64,000 nt of DNA, from assembly GCA_023129165.1 (NCBI GenBank), contig JAGMCL010000060.1:7776-71775 (forward strand). The letters run 5' to 3'. Below, in pieces: positions 49,819 to 59,754 of this stretch. This stretch comes from a candidate division WOR-3 bacterium. GTDB taxonomy: Bacteria; Hydrothermota; UBA3073. Both the position numbers and the translations under genes were made by a program. The notes under the pieces are model-generated. The model saw only the letters and a list, made by a program, of their open reading frames with translations, searched no databases and was not told where the DNA came from. Within the stretch, counting starts at the first letter, position 1. Each line of letters opens with the position of its first letter.

Positions 49819-50691
49819 ATGATTAAATATATACTGATATCAATGCGACCAAAGCAATGGACAAAGAACATCTTGATCTTTGCCGGCATCATATTTGCAG
49901 AAAAACTCTTCTGTTCAGAGGATCTTATAAGGGTGGTCTTTGCCTTCGTACTTTTTTCCCTCTCATCTGGAGGAATGTATATTATAAATGACATCATAGA
50001 CAGAAAGAGGGATATGGTCCATCCTAATAAGAAAAACCGACCAGTAGCCAGTGGCGCCCTTTCTATTCCAATTGCATGGGTAAGTTCTCTATTGTTAATA
50101 CTTCTGAGCTTGTTTCTATCCTATTTTCTTTCTAAAGAATTCCTTTTGGTGCTTACTATATATCTTATCTTGATGTTCCTCTACTCAATATATCTGAAAA
50201 GAATTGTTCTAATAGATATTATGAGCATAGCATTTGGATTTATACTTAGAACCTTTGCAGGATGTGTTGTTATAGTTGTTTCCCTCTCACCATGGCTCTT
50301 TATGTGTACCCTTTTGCTTGCTCTTTTTATTGCAGCCTCAAAACGCAGGCAGGAGATAATCTCCCTTGGATCTAATGCAAAAGAGCATCGTATATCTCTT
50401 TCAGGGTATTCAAGTCAATTAATAGACCAGATTGTGGTGATTGTTACAGCATGTACACTTATTGCCTATACACTATATACTCTTTCACCTCAAACTATTG
50501 AGAAGTTTGGTGGACATGGTTTGGTATTTACTGTCCCGTTCGTGCTTTATGGAATAATGCGATATTTCTATCTAATACACCAGGAGGGTAAGGGGGATAG
50601 TCCCGATAGGGTATTCATAGAGGATAAACCACTTTTTATTGATATTTTACTCTGGATTTTGAGTGTGATTTTTATAATCTACAAGTTTTGA
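49819..50691 (+). CDS. UbiA-family decaprenyl-phosphate phosphoribosyltransferase-like protein
   Basis: MRPKQWTKN, YIINDIID...D..HP.K..RP.ASG, KRRQE motifs. Confidence 0.85.
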   Translation: MIKYILISMRPKQWTKNILIFAGIIFAEKLFCSEDLIRVVFAFVLFSLSSGGMYIINDIIDRKRDMVHPNKKNRPVASGALSIPIAWVSSLLLILLSLFLSYFLSKEFLLVLTIYLILMFLYSIYLKRIVLIDIMSIAFGFILRTFAGCVVIVVSLSPWLFMCTLLLALFIAASKRRQEIISLGSNAKEHRISLSGYSSQLIDQIVVIVTACTLIAYTLYTLSPQTIEKFGGHGLVFTVPFVLYGIMRYFYLIHQEGKGDSPDRVFIEDKPLFIDILLWILSVIFIIYKF

Positions 50692-50697
50692 GGTAAA

Positions 50698-51408
50698 ATG
50701 CGTATTCTTATTATCATACCGACATATAACGAAATAGAAAACATATCAACTGTGATTTCAAGAATCCTTTCAATAAGAAAAGACATAGAAGTCCTTGTTA
50801 TTGATGATAATTCAATAGATGGTACTAGTGAATATGTGAGCAATTTATCAAAAGAAGAGGAACGGGTTAAACTTCATAGACGTCCACGCAAACTTGGACT
50901 CGGAACAGCATATAGAGAGGGTTTTAGATATGCTATAAATGAGAGATATGACTACATATTCGAGATGGATGCTGATATGTCTCATAATCCAGATGACATT
51001 CCGAGATTCCTTGAAGAGATAGAGACTGCAGACCTTATCATAGGTTCAAGATATGCTATGGGTGTATCCGTAATAAACTGGCCTATGTCCAGGCTTCTCC
51101 TATCATTCTTTGCGAATATGTACTCAAGGATTACAACAGGTGTTCCAGTGAGAGATATGACAAGTGGCTATAAATGCTATAAAAGGAAGGTAATCGAGGA
51201 ACTCCTAAAGGAGAAAATAGTATCTGATGGCTATGGTTTTCAGATTGAAACGGTTTTCTGGGCTTATAAAAAGGGGTTTAGATTGAGAGAGATGCCTATA
51301 ATATTCACTGACAGGTTGGAGGGTAGCTCCAAGATGTCAAGAAGGATTGTTTGGGAGGCTCTATGGATAACCTGGCGGCTCAGATTTGTAGGAATGTTTC
51401 GAAATTGA
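50698..51408 (+). CDS. GT2 polyprenol-monophosphomannose synthase-like protein
   Basis: IIPTYNE.EN, DDNS.DGT, EMDADMSH.P, IGSRY, F.DR..G.SKM. Confidence 0.85.
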   Translation: MRILIIIPTYNEIENISTVISRILSIRKDIEVLVIDDNSIDGTSEYVSNLSKEEERVKLHRRPRKLGLGTAYREGFRYAINERYDYIFEMDADMSHNPDDIPRFLEEIETADLIIGSRYAMGVSVINWPMSRLLLSFFANMYSRITTGVPVRDMTSGYKCYKRKVIEELLKEKIVSDGYGFQIETVFWAYKKGFRLREMPIIFTDRLEGSSKMSRRIVWEALWITWRLRFVGMFRN

Positions 51409-51441
51409 AAGTAAAAAAACCTTTAGATATTTTAATTTTCT

Positions 51442-52122
51442 ATGTTTATTTCTGCTATAATCGTGGCAGGTGGTCGTGGGGAGAGGATGAAAAGTCCCGT
51501 TCCCAAGCAGTTTTTAGACATAAACGGGGTTTCACTTATTTCGCTCTCAATCATTTTTTTTGAAAAATTAGAGATTGTTAATGAGGTAATCATAGTAATG
51601 CTTCCAGAGTGGATAGAACATTTGGAGAATAATATCCTCTCAAAGGGCAGTTTTAAAAAGGTAAGTAAGATTGTAGAGGGTGGTAAATTTCGTCAGGACT
51701 CCTTTAAGAACGGTCTTATGCATTCGAAGGGAGAGATAGTAATTGACCATGATGCAGCAAGACCATTCCCGGGATTTCTTGATATTAACAATATGGTTAA
51801 AAAGTGTGAAAAATTGGGAGCAGTCATTCCTATTATCCCGGTGAAAGATACAGTGAAGTATTTAGAAGATGATAGAGTTCAGAAAACAATTAACAGAAAT
51901 AATCTCTTTTGTGTTCAAACACCTCAGATATTCAGGAAGAAACTCTGCCTGAGGGCATATAAAAGGGCAGAAGAGGATGAATTCTATGGCAGTGATACTG
52001 CCTCACTATTTGAAAACGTTAAAATACCAGTCTATACATATTTGGGTTCTGTATTTAACATAAAGATAACTACTGATGATGACCTCGAACTTGCAAGGGC
52101 AATTAATCAATATGTTCTATAG
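51442..52122 (+). CDS. ispD: 2-C-methyl-D-erythritol 4-phosphate cytidylyltransferase
   Basis: AGGRGERM...PKQF, GG.FRQDS, HDAARPF, QTPQ.F, NIKITT.DDL. Confidence 0.9.
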   Translation: MFISAIIVAGGRGERMKSPVPKQFLDINGVSLISLSIIFFEKLEIVNEVIIVMLPEWIEHLENNILSKGSFKKVSKIVEGGKFRQDSFKNGLMHSKGEIVIDHDAARPFPGFLDINNMVKKCEKLGAVIPIIPVKDTVKYLEDDRVQKTINRNNLFCVQTPQIFRKKLCLRAYKRAEEDEFYGSDTASLFENVKIPVYTYLGSVFNIKITTDDDLELARAINQYVL

Positions 52123-52211
52123 AATTGTAGGCACAAATTCAATTTGTGCCAGCACGATTTGAAATCCCCGCAATAAACGGGGCAGGCGTGCCTACATGAC
52201 CAGTAGAAATT

Positions 52212-52664
52212 ATGCGTGTTGGAATTGGATATGATGTCCATAGATTCGTTTCAGGGAAACCACTAATAATAGGTGGAGTTAAAATACCCTATGATATGGG
52301 TCTTCTTGCACACTCTGATGGTGATGTTCTCATCCATTCAATCGGTGATGCAATACTGGGTGCATATAGTATGGGTGACCTCGGTACTCATTTCCCTGAT
52401 ACAGATGAGAAATGGAAGGATGTGAGTAGTGTTCTTATTCTTAAAGAAATTATGAGAATAACAGGTGCGAATGTGATAAATGTGGATTCAGTAGTAGTAT
52501 GCGAGAAACCAAGATTATCGCCTTATATCCCCAAAATGAGAGAAAACATAGCAGGTATACTCAATATCTCCGTAAGTTCAGCATCAGTAAAGGCTACTAC
52601 TGAGGAGGGTTTACTCCTAAGAGGAGAAGGGATGGCTACATATTCGATTGTCCTCTGTTTATAA
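52212..52664 (+). CDS. ispF: 2-C-methyl-D-erythritol 2,4-cyclodiphosphate synthase
   Basis: RVGIGYDVH, AHSDGDV, DLG.HFPDTD, VKATT.E. Confidence 0.92.
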   Translation: MRVGIGYDVHRFVSGKPLIIGGVKIPYDMGLLAHSDGDVLIHSIGDAILGAYSMGDLGTHFPDTDEKWKDVSSVLILKEIMRITGANVINVDSVVVCEKPRLSPYIPKMRENIAGILNISVSSASVKATTEEGLLLRGEGMATYSIVLCL

Positions 52665-53429
52665 TCTAACATCTCCCTCATTTAAAGAAAGAAATTCTTC
52701 CGCAAGTTCAAAATATGCCTGTGCTCCTTTCGACTTTACATCATGCAGAAGTATTGGTTTACCAAATGAGGGCGCCTCAGCAAGCCTGATATTTCGCGGT
52801 ATGGTAGTCTTAAATATTCTGTTACTAAAATGTCTTTCTATCTCCTGCCTAACCTCTCTTGCAAGCAATGGTCTCATATCCAGCATCGTAAAAAGAATTC
52901 CCTCTACGTAGATACACGGGTTAAGTGTGTTCCTTATCCTGCTTATTGTTGAAAAAAGCCTTGACAGACCCTCCATTGCATAAAACTCACATTGAACAGG
53001 AACAAGGACTGAATTTGCTGCCACAAGACCATTAATGGTTAGCAACCCAAGCGAGGGTGGAGAATCGATAATTATATAATCATATTCACCTATCAGTACA
53101 TCTAATTTTGATTTGAGAACACTCTCTCTGTTTTCCATATCAACAAGCTCAACCTCTGCTCCTGCAAGAGATAAAGAAGAGGGCACGAGAAATAGGTGAG
53201 ACAAATCGGTTTTTATGATTATATCACGGATATCTGTATCACCAATTAATACATCATAGATGCTATCTTTGGGTTTCCCTCCCAGACCTGTGGTTGAATT
53301 TGCCTGGGGGTCTACATCAACTAATAACACTCTCCGTTCTGCTACAGCAATAGATGCAGAAAGATTTACAGCTGTGGTTGTTTTACCTACTCCGCCTTTC
53401 TGGTTTGCTACTGAGATAACTTTACCCAT
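52659..53429 (-). CDS. parA: ParA/Soj chromosome partitioning ATPase
   Basis: NQKGGVGKTTT, DPQANST, DSPPSLGLLT, PVQCEFYA.EG, RLAEAPSFG. Confidence 0.9.
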   Translation of the reverse strand: MGKVISVANQKGGVGKTTTAVNLSASIAVAERRVLLVDVDPQANSTTGLGGKPKDSIYDVLIGDTDIRDIIIKTDLSHLFLVPSSLSLAGAEVELVDMENRESVLKSKLDVLIGEYDYIIIDSPPSLGLLTINGLVAANSVLVPVQCEFYAMEGLSRLFSTISRIRNTLNPCIYVEGILFTMLDMRPLLAREVRQEIERHFSNRIFKTTIPRNIRLAEAPSFGKPILLHDVKSKGAQAYFELAEEFLSLNEGDVRL

Positions 53430-54054
53430 TAGCCCTCCCAATTACAACAATCTCACCCTTCGTGAAAATCCTCTTGTGTCTTTCAGTAATCGAGAGACGG
53501 TTTCTCTTCAGGACATTTCTGGCATCCTCAATCTCCTTTGGCAATTTTTCCCCCTTGAACATTATAATTCTACCATCTTCCTCTAATAGTCTTGCTGTAA
53601 GTTTAACAATCTTTTTAATGCTGCCGACCTTCCTTGCTGTTATAATATCGTAGCACATCTCTGGTTTATACTGGATAATGTCAACATTGTATATACGCAC
53701 ATTACATAACCCTAGTTCACGCCTCAACTCCCTCAAGAATACAGCCTTCTTCTTTCTTGATTCAACTAAATCAAGGAATATATCATCTTTTAATATCTTT
53801 AAAGGGATTCCGGGAAACCCAGCACCAGTCCCGAAATCAAGGAGATGGTCACCCTTTAATAAATCATGTATTGAAAGTGAGTCGAGGATATGCCTTTCTA
53901 TGATGTTTTCTTCCTGTCTTGATACTATATTGATCTTTTTGTTCCATTTTAAAATAAGTTCATAGTATCTTAATAAGAGTCCAAGAGTCTCATTATTTTC
54001 AGACAGTTTTAACTGTCTAAAACCTTTCTTTAACCTCTCTATCCCAGAAACCAT
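53422..54054 (-). CDS. rsmG: 16S rRNA m7G527 methyltransferase
   Basis: WNKKIN, RHILDSL, DFGTGAGFPGIPL, ESRKKK..FL. Confidence 0.9.
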   Translation of the reverse strand: MVSGIERLKKGFRQLKLSENNETLGLLLRYYELILKWNKKINIVSRQEENIIERHILDSLSIHDLLKGDHLLDFGTGAGFPGIPLKILKDDIFLDLVESRKKKAVFLRELRRELGLCNVRIYNVDIIQYKPEMCYDIITARKVGSIKKIVKLTARLLEEDGRIIMFKGEKLPKEIEDARNVLKRNRLSITERHKRIFTKGEIVVIGRANG

Positions 54055-54374
54055 AATCTAAAAAAACCTTCAGAGAATGTCCTAAACTCTCATAATGAAA
54101 GACAGAATGATACTTGTCATTGCGAGTCCGTCGTCCGTCAAGAAGTGCGACGGATTGACGGACGTGGCAATCTCATTCCTTTATAACCAATCCTTACTAA
54201 TATGAGATTGCTTCACCCTCGGTTCGCAATGACAGACTAAACCCGCACAACAAGGAGAGGATGAATATCAGTCCATATGGTTCCCGTGTTTATACCATGC
54301 AGGTATTTCTTAATCCTGATTCACTGATAACCTGATACGCCTATGCTATCTCAGTTGACTCATCATTCTACGCA

Positions 54375-54758
54375 CTAAAACCTGTACCCAACCTCCAGTT
54401 CAATGCCAACATCCTCTTGAAAGTTGTATAAATGAGCACCGATATAGGCATCACTTATAGAGAATACCCACATACCTAATGACCACCAGAGCCAGTCAGT
54501 TCTTTTAGCAATATGGTAATCATAGTCCTCGTCTTTCCCTTCTGCCTTTGCATCCATGGCGTAAATATGCTCTCTAACAACAAATCCAAGGCAAATTGTC
54601 TGGGCAGCTGCAAACAGGAAACCTTTTGTATACTCCTCGTTGTAGAATTGTCCTCCTCCAGGAAGGATTGATAGAAGCATTGCCTTTTGTGCAGACTTAC
54701 CTTCTCCCTGTAGTATTACAGGAATTAGAATTAATAAAGTTAGTAGTAGTTTTCTCAT
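54375..54758 (-). CDS. DUF5683-like membrane protein
   Basis: KA.LLSILPGGGQFYN..Y.KG...SI.DAY..AHL. Confidence 0.7.
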   Translation of the reverse strand: MRKLLLTLLILIPVILQGEGKSAQKAMLLSILPGGGQFYNEEYTKGFLFAAAQTICLGFVVREHIYAMDAKAEGKDEDYDYHIAKRTDWLWWSLGMWVFSISDAYIGAHLYNFQEDVGIELEVGYRF

Positions 54759-55018
54759 AATCTAATCGTTTTTTAATATATTATACTCTACTTCCATAAA
54801 AATGCGATTGCTTCACCTTCGGTTCGCAATGACAGTGTGTTGTATGCGATTGCTTCATCCGTCAAGAAGTGCGACGGACTCCTCGCAATGACGACGCTAT
54901 ATTTCTGTCATTGTGAGTCCTGATGACAATCAGGACGTGGCAATCTCATCACTTAAACCATAATCGCTATTTATTATACGAAACTTCTCTGTTAGAGATT
55001 GTATTAACCATTTAAAGT

Positions 55019-56080
55019 TTATGAAAAATACCGTTCATTGAGATATCCAAATATCCTTTCAATCTCAATTCTTATTCTATCACGGGATATTCTATACTCC
55101 TCTATTCCACCTCCGATAGGATCTTCTATTTCCTCTTTTTTATCGTCTCTGCCAAATTCACCCAGGATAAAAATTCTGCTGGATATCTCTGGATAATGCG
55201 AAACTATCCATTGTCTGTTTTTTTCTTCCATACACAGAATAAGGTCGTAATTATATGCAACTTCTCTTGTTATTTGTCGAGATAGCTGTCCACTAATATC
55301 TATATTCTCTTCTAACATAACATCCATTGCAAGCAACGAAGGAGTAGAACCATCTGTGGTATGTACACCTGCGGAACCAACAAATACATTCATAGGTCTT
55401 ACCTGTCTTGCTAAACCCTCAGCTATCTGACTCCTGCATAAATTTGCAGTACATACAAAAAGTACTCTAATCCTCATCCCCCTGGATAACATAACTCTGA
55501 CTCCTGTCTTTTGTTCTATCTCAAAAAGGGATACTTTACCTCTCCTGAGAAGGATAGGTGGTGATAGCGAAAGCACCGTTGAAGGAATTGCAGGTTCTGG
55601 TGTTTCTCCTTCTATCACATAGTCTATGTCTTTTCTAAAAATTCTTTTTATCTCCCTGACATTCGAAAGGACAGGAAGATTTTCTACATTGCAACTCGTT
55701 GTTGCAAGAGGATTTGGATAATTATTAAGAAGAGCTAATATATGCTTTTCGTCAGGAATTCTTATACCTATAGTCCCGTCTTTTGCCTTAATTGGAACAT
55801 CTTTATTCGTCTTAATTACTAATGTAAGTGGACCTGGCCAGAAATACTTAGATAATTTATCGATGAGTCTTGTAGAATGGGTTATAATCTTCTCAAGTTT
55901 ATCAGATGATGGAATAAACATAATCAGTGGCTTATCCTTGACTCTATGCTTTATTTGATAGATTTTTTCAATTGCCTCTTTGAGTGTTGCATCACATCCT
56001 ATTCCATATACAGTATCGGTTGGAAATGCAATGATTCCTCCACCTTTAAGGATACTAATCGACCTTTTTAACCAATTCAT
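55019..56080 (-). CDS. TsaC/Sua5 threonylcarbamoyl-AMP synthase fused to a low-molecular-weight protein phosphatase
   Basis: AFPTDTVYG, K.R...KP, WPGPLT, TTSCN; then VLFVCTANLCRS...SAG...DPIGG. Confidence 0.85.
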   Translation of the reverse strand: MNWLKRSISILKGGGIIAFPTDTVYGIGCDATLKEAIEKIYQIKHRVKDKPLIMFIPSSDKLEKIITHSTRLIDKLSKYFWPGPLTLVIKTNKDVPIKAKDGTIGIRIPDEKHILALLNNYPNPLATTSCNVENLPVLSNVREIKRIFRKDIDYVIEGETPEPAIPSTVLSLSPPILLRRGKVSLFEIEQKTGVRVMLSRGMRIRVLFVCTANLCRSQIAEGLARQVRPMNVFVGSAGVHTTDGSTPSLLAMDVMLEENIDISGQLSRQITREVAYNYDLILCMEEKNRQWIVSHYPEISSRIFILGEFGRDDKKEEIEDPIGGGIEEYRISRDRIRIEIERIFGYLNERYFS

Positions 56081-56548
56081 ATATCTAAAGTTATGCGTAA
56101 ATAAGCATTTAAGAGTATATTTATTAATTATTATACCATAAATATTTTAATTTTGCAAGTTTATTAAAGAAATTGCTTCGTCTACAGCTCACAGGTATAT
56201 GTAAGAAGATGTCATTACGAGTCCATCGCTATCTCATTCTTTTTTTCAACAGGGACTTGCCTGCCTGCCGGTAGGCAGGTAAGAGACTTGTAAGAGAATA
56301 AAAATTCTTTTATATTCTATTATTTACTTATGTAAGTCAGTTAAATCCCTGTATAACAAAAGTTTCCTGTCGTTGTACGGCAATCTTATTCTTTATTACA
56401 AAACCCTCCTTAAATGCGATTGCTTCACCTTCGGTTCGCAATGACAAGAATCAGTGTCTGTCATTGCGAGTTCCGATGACAATCGGGACGTGGCAATCTC
56501 ATTCTTTTTATCATCATTGTCCTTTGATATCAAGCATTCCATACACAC

Positions 56549-57562
56549 TCAAATAATCAACATTGCATCACCATAGGAATAGAATCTATATCTCTTTTTT
56601 ATTGCCTCGTTATAAGACTTTAAAACAAATTCTCTCCCTGCAAACGCAGATACCATAATAATCAAACTTGTTTTTGGCAAGTGGAAATTTGTTATTATAC
56701 AGTCAACTACCTTAAACTTATATGGAGGGTATATATAATGATTTGTCCAACCACTTCCTGGAGAAACCTTACCATCTTTTACTGCTGTCTCAATTGCCCT
56801 CACAGTCGTTGTACCAACAGCAAAAAGCCTGCCTTTTCTGTCATTTATACTTTTTGCAACGTCCACTCCGATCTCATAATATTCTTCCTCCATTTTGTGC
56901 TCTTCTATATTCTCCGTGGTTACAGGTCTAAATGTACCAGGACCTGTGTGGAGTAATATCTTTAATATCTCAATTTCTTTCTTTCTTAGCTCTTTAAGTA
57001 GTTCTGAAGAAAAGTGTAGACCAGCAGTTGGGGCAGCTACTGCACCAGGAATCTTTGCATAAACAGTCTGATATAGTTGTTTATCCAGATTTGTTGGTTT
57101 TCTCTTTATATATGGAGGAAGTGGAACCTCTCCGTACGACTGCACCAGTTCATAAGGTGTAATATCTTCCTCAACTCTGAGGAGTGTGTGCCCATTATCA
57201 AGGTGCTTTATAATTATTACCTTCTTCTCTCCAAACTGTACACAAGTTCCAGGTTTTGCCCTCTTCTTGGGTCGAATAAACGCCTCAAAGGTTTTATCAT
57301 CTATCCCCCGAATAAAAAAAACCTCGACCTTTCCTCCTGTATACTCCTTCTTGCCGAACATTCTTGCCTTTATAACCTTTGTCTCATTCAAAAGCAATAA
57401 ATCCCCATCCTCTATGTATTCTAATATATCAGTAAACATCCTTTCCTCTATACTTCCCTTTGCTCTACTCAGCACCATGAGTCTTGCTCCTTCTCTCTTT
57501 TTTAAGGGATACTGTGCTATCAAGTCCTTTGGAAGTTTATAGTCAAATTTTGATAAAAGCAT
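56549..57562 (-). CDS. queA: SAM:tRNA ribosyltransferase-isomerase
   Basis: FDY.LP..LIAQ.P, PLPPYI, YQTVYA..PGAVAAPTAGLHF, TNFHLP, YRFYSYGDAM. Confidence 0.95.
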   Translation of the reverse strand: MLLSKFDYKLPKDLIAQYPLKKREGARLMVLSRAKGSIEERMFTDILEYIEDGDLLLLNETKVIKARMFGKKEYTGGKVEVFFIRGIDDKTFEAFIRPKKRAKPGTCVQFGEKKVIIIKHLDNGHTLLRVEEDITPYELVQSYGEVPLPPYIKRKPTNLDKQLYQTVYAKIPGAVAAPTAGLHFSSELLKELRKKEIEILKILLHTGPGTFRPVTTENIEEHKMEEEYYEIGVDVAKSINDRKGRLFAVGTTTVRAIETAVKDGKVSPGSGWTNHYIYPPYKFKVVDCIITNFHLPKTSLIIMVSAFAGREFVLKSYNEAIKKRYRFYSYGDAMLII

Positions 57563-57693
57563 ATTAGTGAAAAGTAAGTAGTAAATAGACCATTTAATTT
57601 GCGATTTTAGACTTTAGATTGAAGATTGCATTTTAATTTTTAGATTTCTTAATTTATTCTAATCATCAATAGTAAATCGTCAATCGAAAATCG

Positions 57694-58080
57694 TCAATTA
57701 GAACGTTCCTCAAGATATCTTTCAAGGATAAAAAGGGCAGAAATACTATCATCATTCCCCTTTATTCCCTTTTCATTCAGCACTCTCTTGGCTTCTTTAG
57801 TTGTAAACCTTTCATCAACAAGTCTTGTTTTTATTCCGAGTCGTTCCTCAACTAGATTTGCGAAATTTCTCGTATTTCTTGCAATTTTTCCCTCCTTACC
57901 AGCAGTTGTAAGAGGGAGACCGATCACAATAAGTTCAATACTATACTCGCTTATTACCTCTTTTAATCCTTCAAATATATTCTTCCTTCTAATACATTTC
58001 AATGGTTGAGGAATTTTAAGAGGTCCAGAGATAGCCAACCCAACATACTTTATCCCAAGGTCAATTGCAAGAATTCGCAT
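57694..58080 (-). CDS. ruvX: YqgF/RuvX RNase H-like nuclease
   Basis: RILAIDLG...GLAIS, VIGLP, DERFTT.EA, D..SA..IL. Confidence 0.85.
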   Translation of the reverse strand: MRILAIDLGIKYVGLAISGPLKIPQPLKCIRRKNIFEGLKEVISEYSIELIVIGLPLTTAGKEGKIARNTRNFANLVEERLGIKTRLVDERFTTKEAKRVLNEKGIKGNDDSISALFILERYLEERSN

Positions 58081-58088
58081 AAGTAAAA

Positions 58089-59054
58089 TTAATTTAAAAT
58101 ACCCACTCTCCTTTTTGCATTTATATGTTCCTCATGGGTCTTTGAAAATATATGTGTACCGTCTCCCTTTGCAACGAAGTAAAGGTAATCTGATTCTGCT
58201 GGATATAGGGCTGCTATGATAGCATCTCCCCCCGGGTTACATATGGCTCCTGGGGGTAGTCCTGCATGTTTATAGGTATTGTATGGTGAGTCTATCGAAA
58301 GGTCGGTATACAGTAATCTGTTCTTTCTTTCAGGTAATATATACAGAATCGTAGGACAACTCTCAAGTCTTCTACCTATTTTCAGTCGATTATAGTAGAT
58401 GGATGATATTACTGGCATCTCTTCGGTTACTCTTACCTCACACTGGATTAATGAGGCGAGTGTTATGATTTCATTTATTGTATGTCCAAGACTGTCTACC
58501 CTCATCATCATTGTTGAGTCAAAAACATCAAAAAACCTTGATACCATCATATCTATTACCTTTGCTGGAGGAACAGAATCAAATGCAAAATATGTATCAG
58601 GAAACAGGAAGCCCTCAAGAGTCGGGGCATCAACATTATACTCTTCTATAAGAGTACTATCCTTTACAAGATTTATAAAACCAGTACTATCCATTCCCGT
58701 TTTATACTGGAAGATTTCTGCAACCTCATATATATTCGACCCTTCTGGTATCGTTACCTTTATATCAACAGTCTCTCCGTTCACCAGCTTTCGCATCACC
58801 TCTCTTACCCCAGAGGGGGTACTAAATTTATATCTACCTGTTTTTATCCTCCTATCATTTCCCGTAATCCTTGCCCAGGCGGTAAATAGAAATGTATGTT
58901 CTATAACACCCTCCTGCTGAAGTTTTGAGGTAACCTCTTGAAAGTTCTCTCCTTCTGAAATATAGACGTATACAGGGTCTGGAAAGGACAGAAGGGATAA
59001 AAGCAATAATATTACCATTGTATTAATCTCTAATGAAAAATACGAAGGAAACAT
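58089..59054 (-). CDS. mltG: Endolytic transglycosylase MltG (start may be 59018)
   Basis: VTIPEG, LEGFLFPDTY, ITLASLIQ.E, SPYNTY...GLPPGAI.NPG, YLYFVA..DG.H.FS. Confidence 0.88.
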   Translation of the reverse strand: MFPSYFSLEINTMVILLLLSLLSFPDPVYVYISEGENFQEVTSKLQQEGVIEHTFLFTAWARITGNDRRIKTGRYKFSTPSGVREVMRKLVNGETVDIKVTIPEGSNIYEVAEIFQYKTGMDSTGFINLVKDSTLIEEYNVDAPTLEGFLFPDTYFAFDSVPPAKVIDMMVSRFFDVFDSTMMMRVDSLGHTINEIITLASLIQCEVRVTEEMPVISSIYYNRLKIGRRLESCPTILYILPERKNRLLYTDLSIDSPYNTYKHAGLPPGAICNPGGDAIIAALYPAESDYLYFVAKGDGTHIFSKTHEEHINAKRRVGILN

Positions 59055-59248
59055 ACTATATTATTTTCTGATATATTTCTGTTTTTCAAATTAAATAAAC
59101 CAGGGTATGATTCTATTATTTTATCACCAAATTTATAAAAAGTCAAGAAGTTTTTAGAGATTTCTGGCGAAATCCAGAAATCCCTGATTACAACGATTAA
59201 GATAAAAAATTACACAGATTAAAAAACCTTATAAAATCAACTAAATTT

Positions 59249-59494
59249 CTATAATCGGTTAAAAAATTGTCTAATAAATAGAGTTCGAAGGCAGTTTTTC
59301 AGAGCTCTCTGGGTGAGTTGGGGTAGTATTCTTCCATAACCACAACCCAACTCCAATACCATATCACCAGGATGAATCTTCTGAAGTATATAGTTTACCT
59401 CTTCTTTGAGATATTGCTGCACACGTGGAGGTGCAATTTCGTAGCACTGTTTTAGCCGCTGTGCAGAAAGTTTGTCTGTATAATAACCTTTCAT
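59249..59494 (-). pseudogene. Truncated class I SAM-dependent methyltransferase (N-terminal fragment)
   Basis: MKGYY...VLELGCGYGRIL (motif I), then similarity ends at a repeat segment also seen near 60781. Confidence 0.6.
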
Positions 59495-59754
59495 ATTATC
59501 ATTTGATATTCCCTTTCCCATCATTGTGATAAGTCCTTCATATTTCTTGTCGGGTGACGAAGCAATCCTACAAAACACCTTGTCATTACGAATCCGTCGT
59601 CCGTCAAGAAGTGCGACGGACTCGAAATGACCGACTATCAGTATGGGATTGTTTTATTTAATCTTACAATGACAGGTGTTTTCTTGTCTGTCATCAAGAA
59701 AGTTTGGTACATTCTACATCTTTAAATATACCTTGTTTAGAATACATCTTTTTA

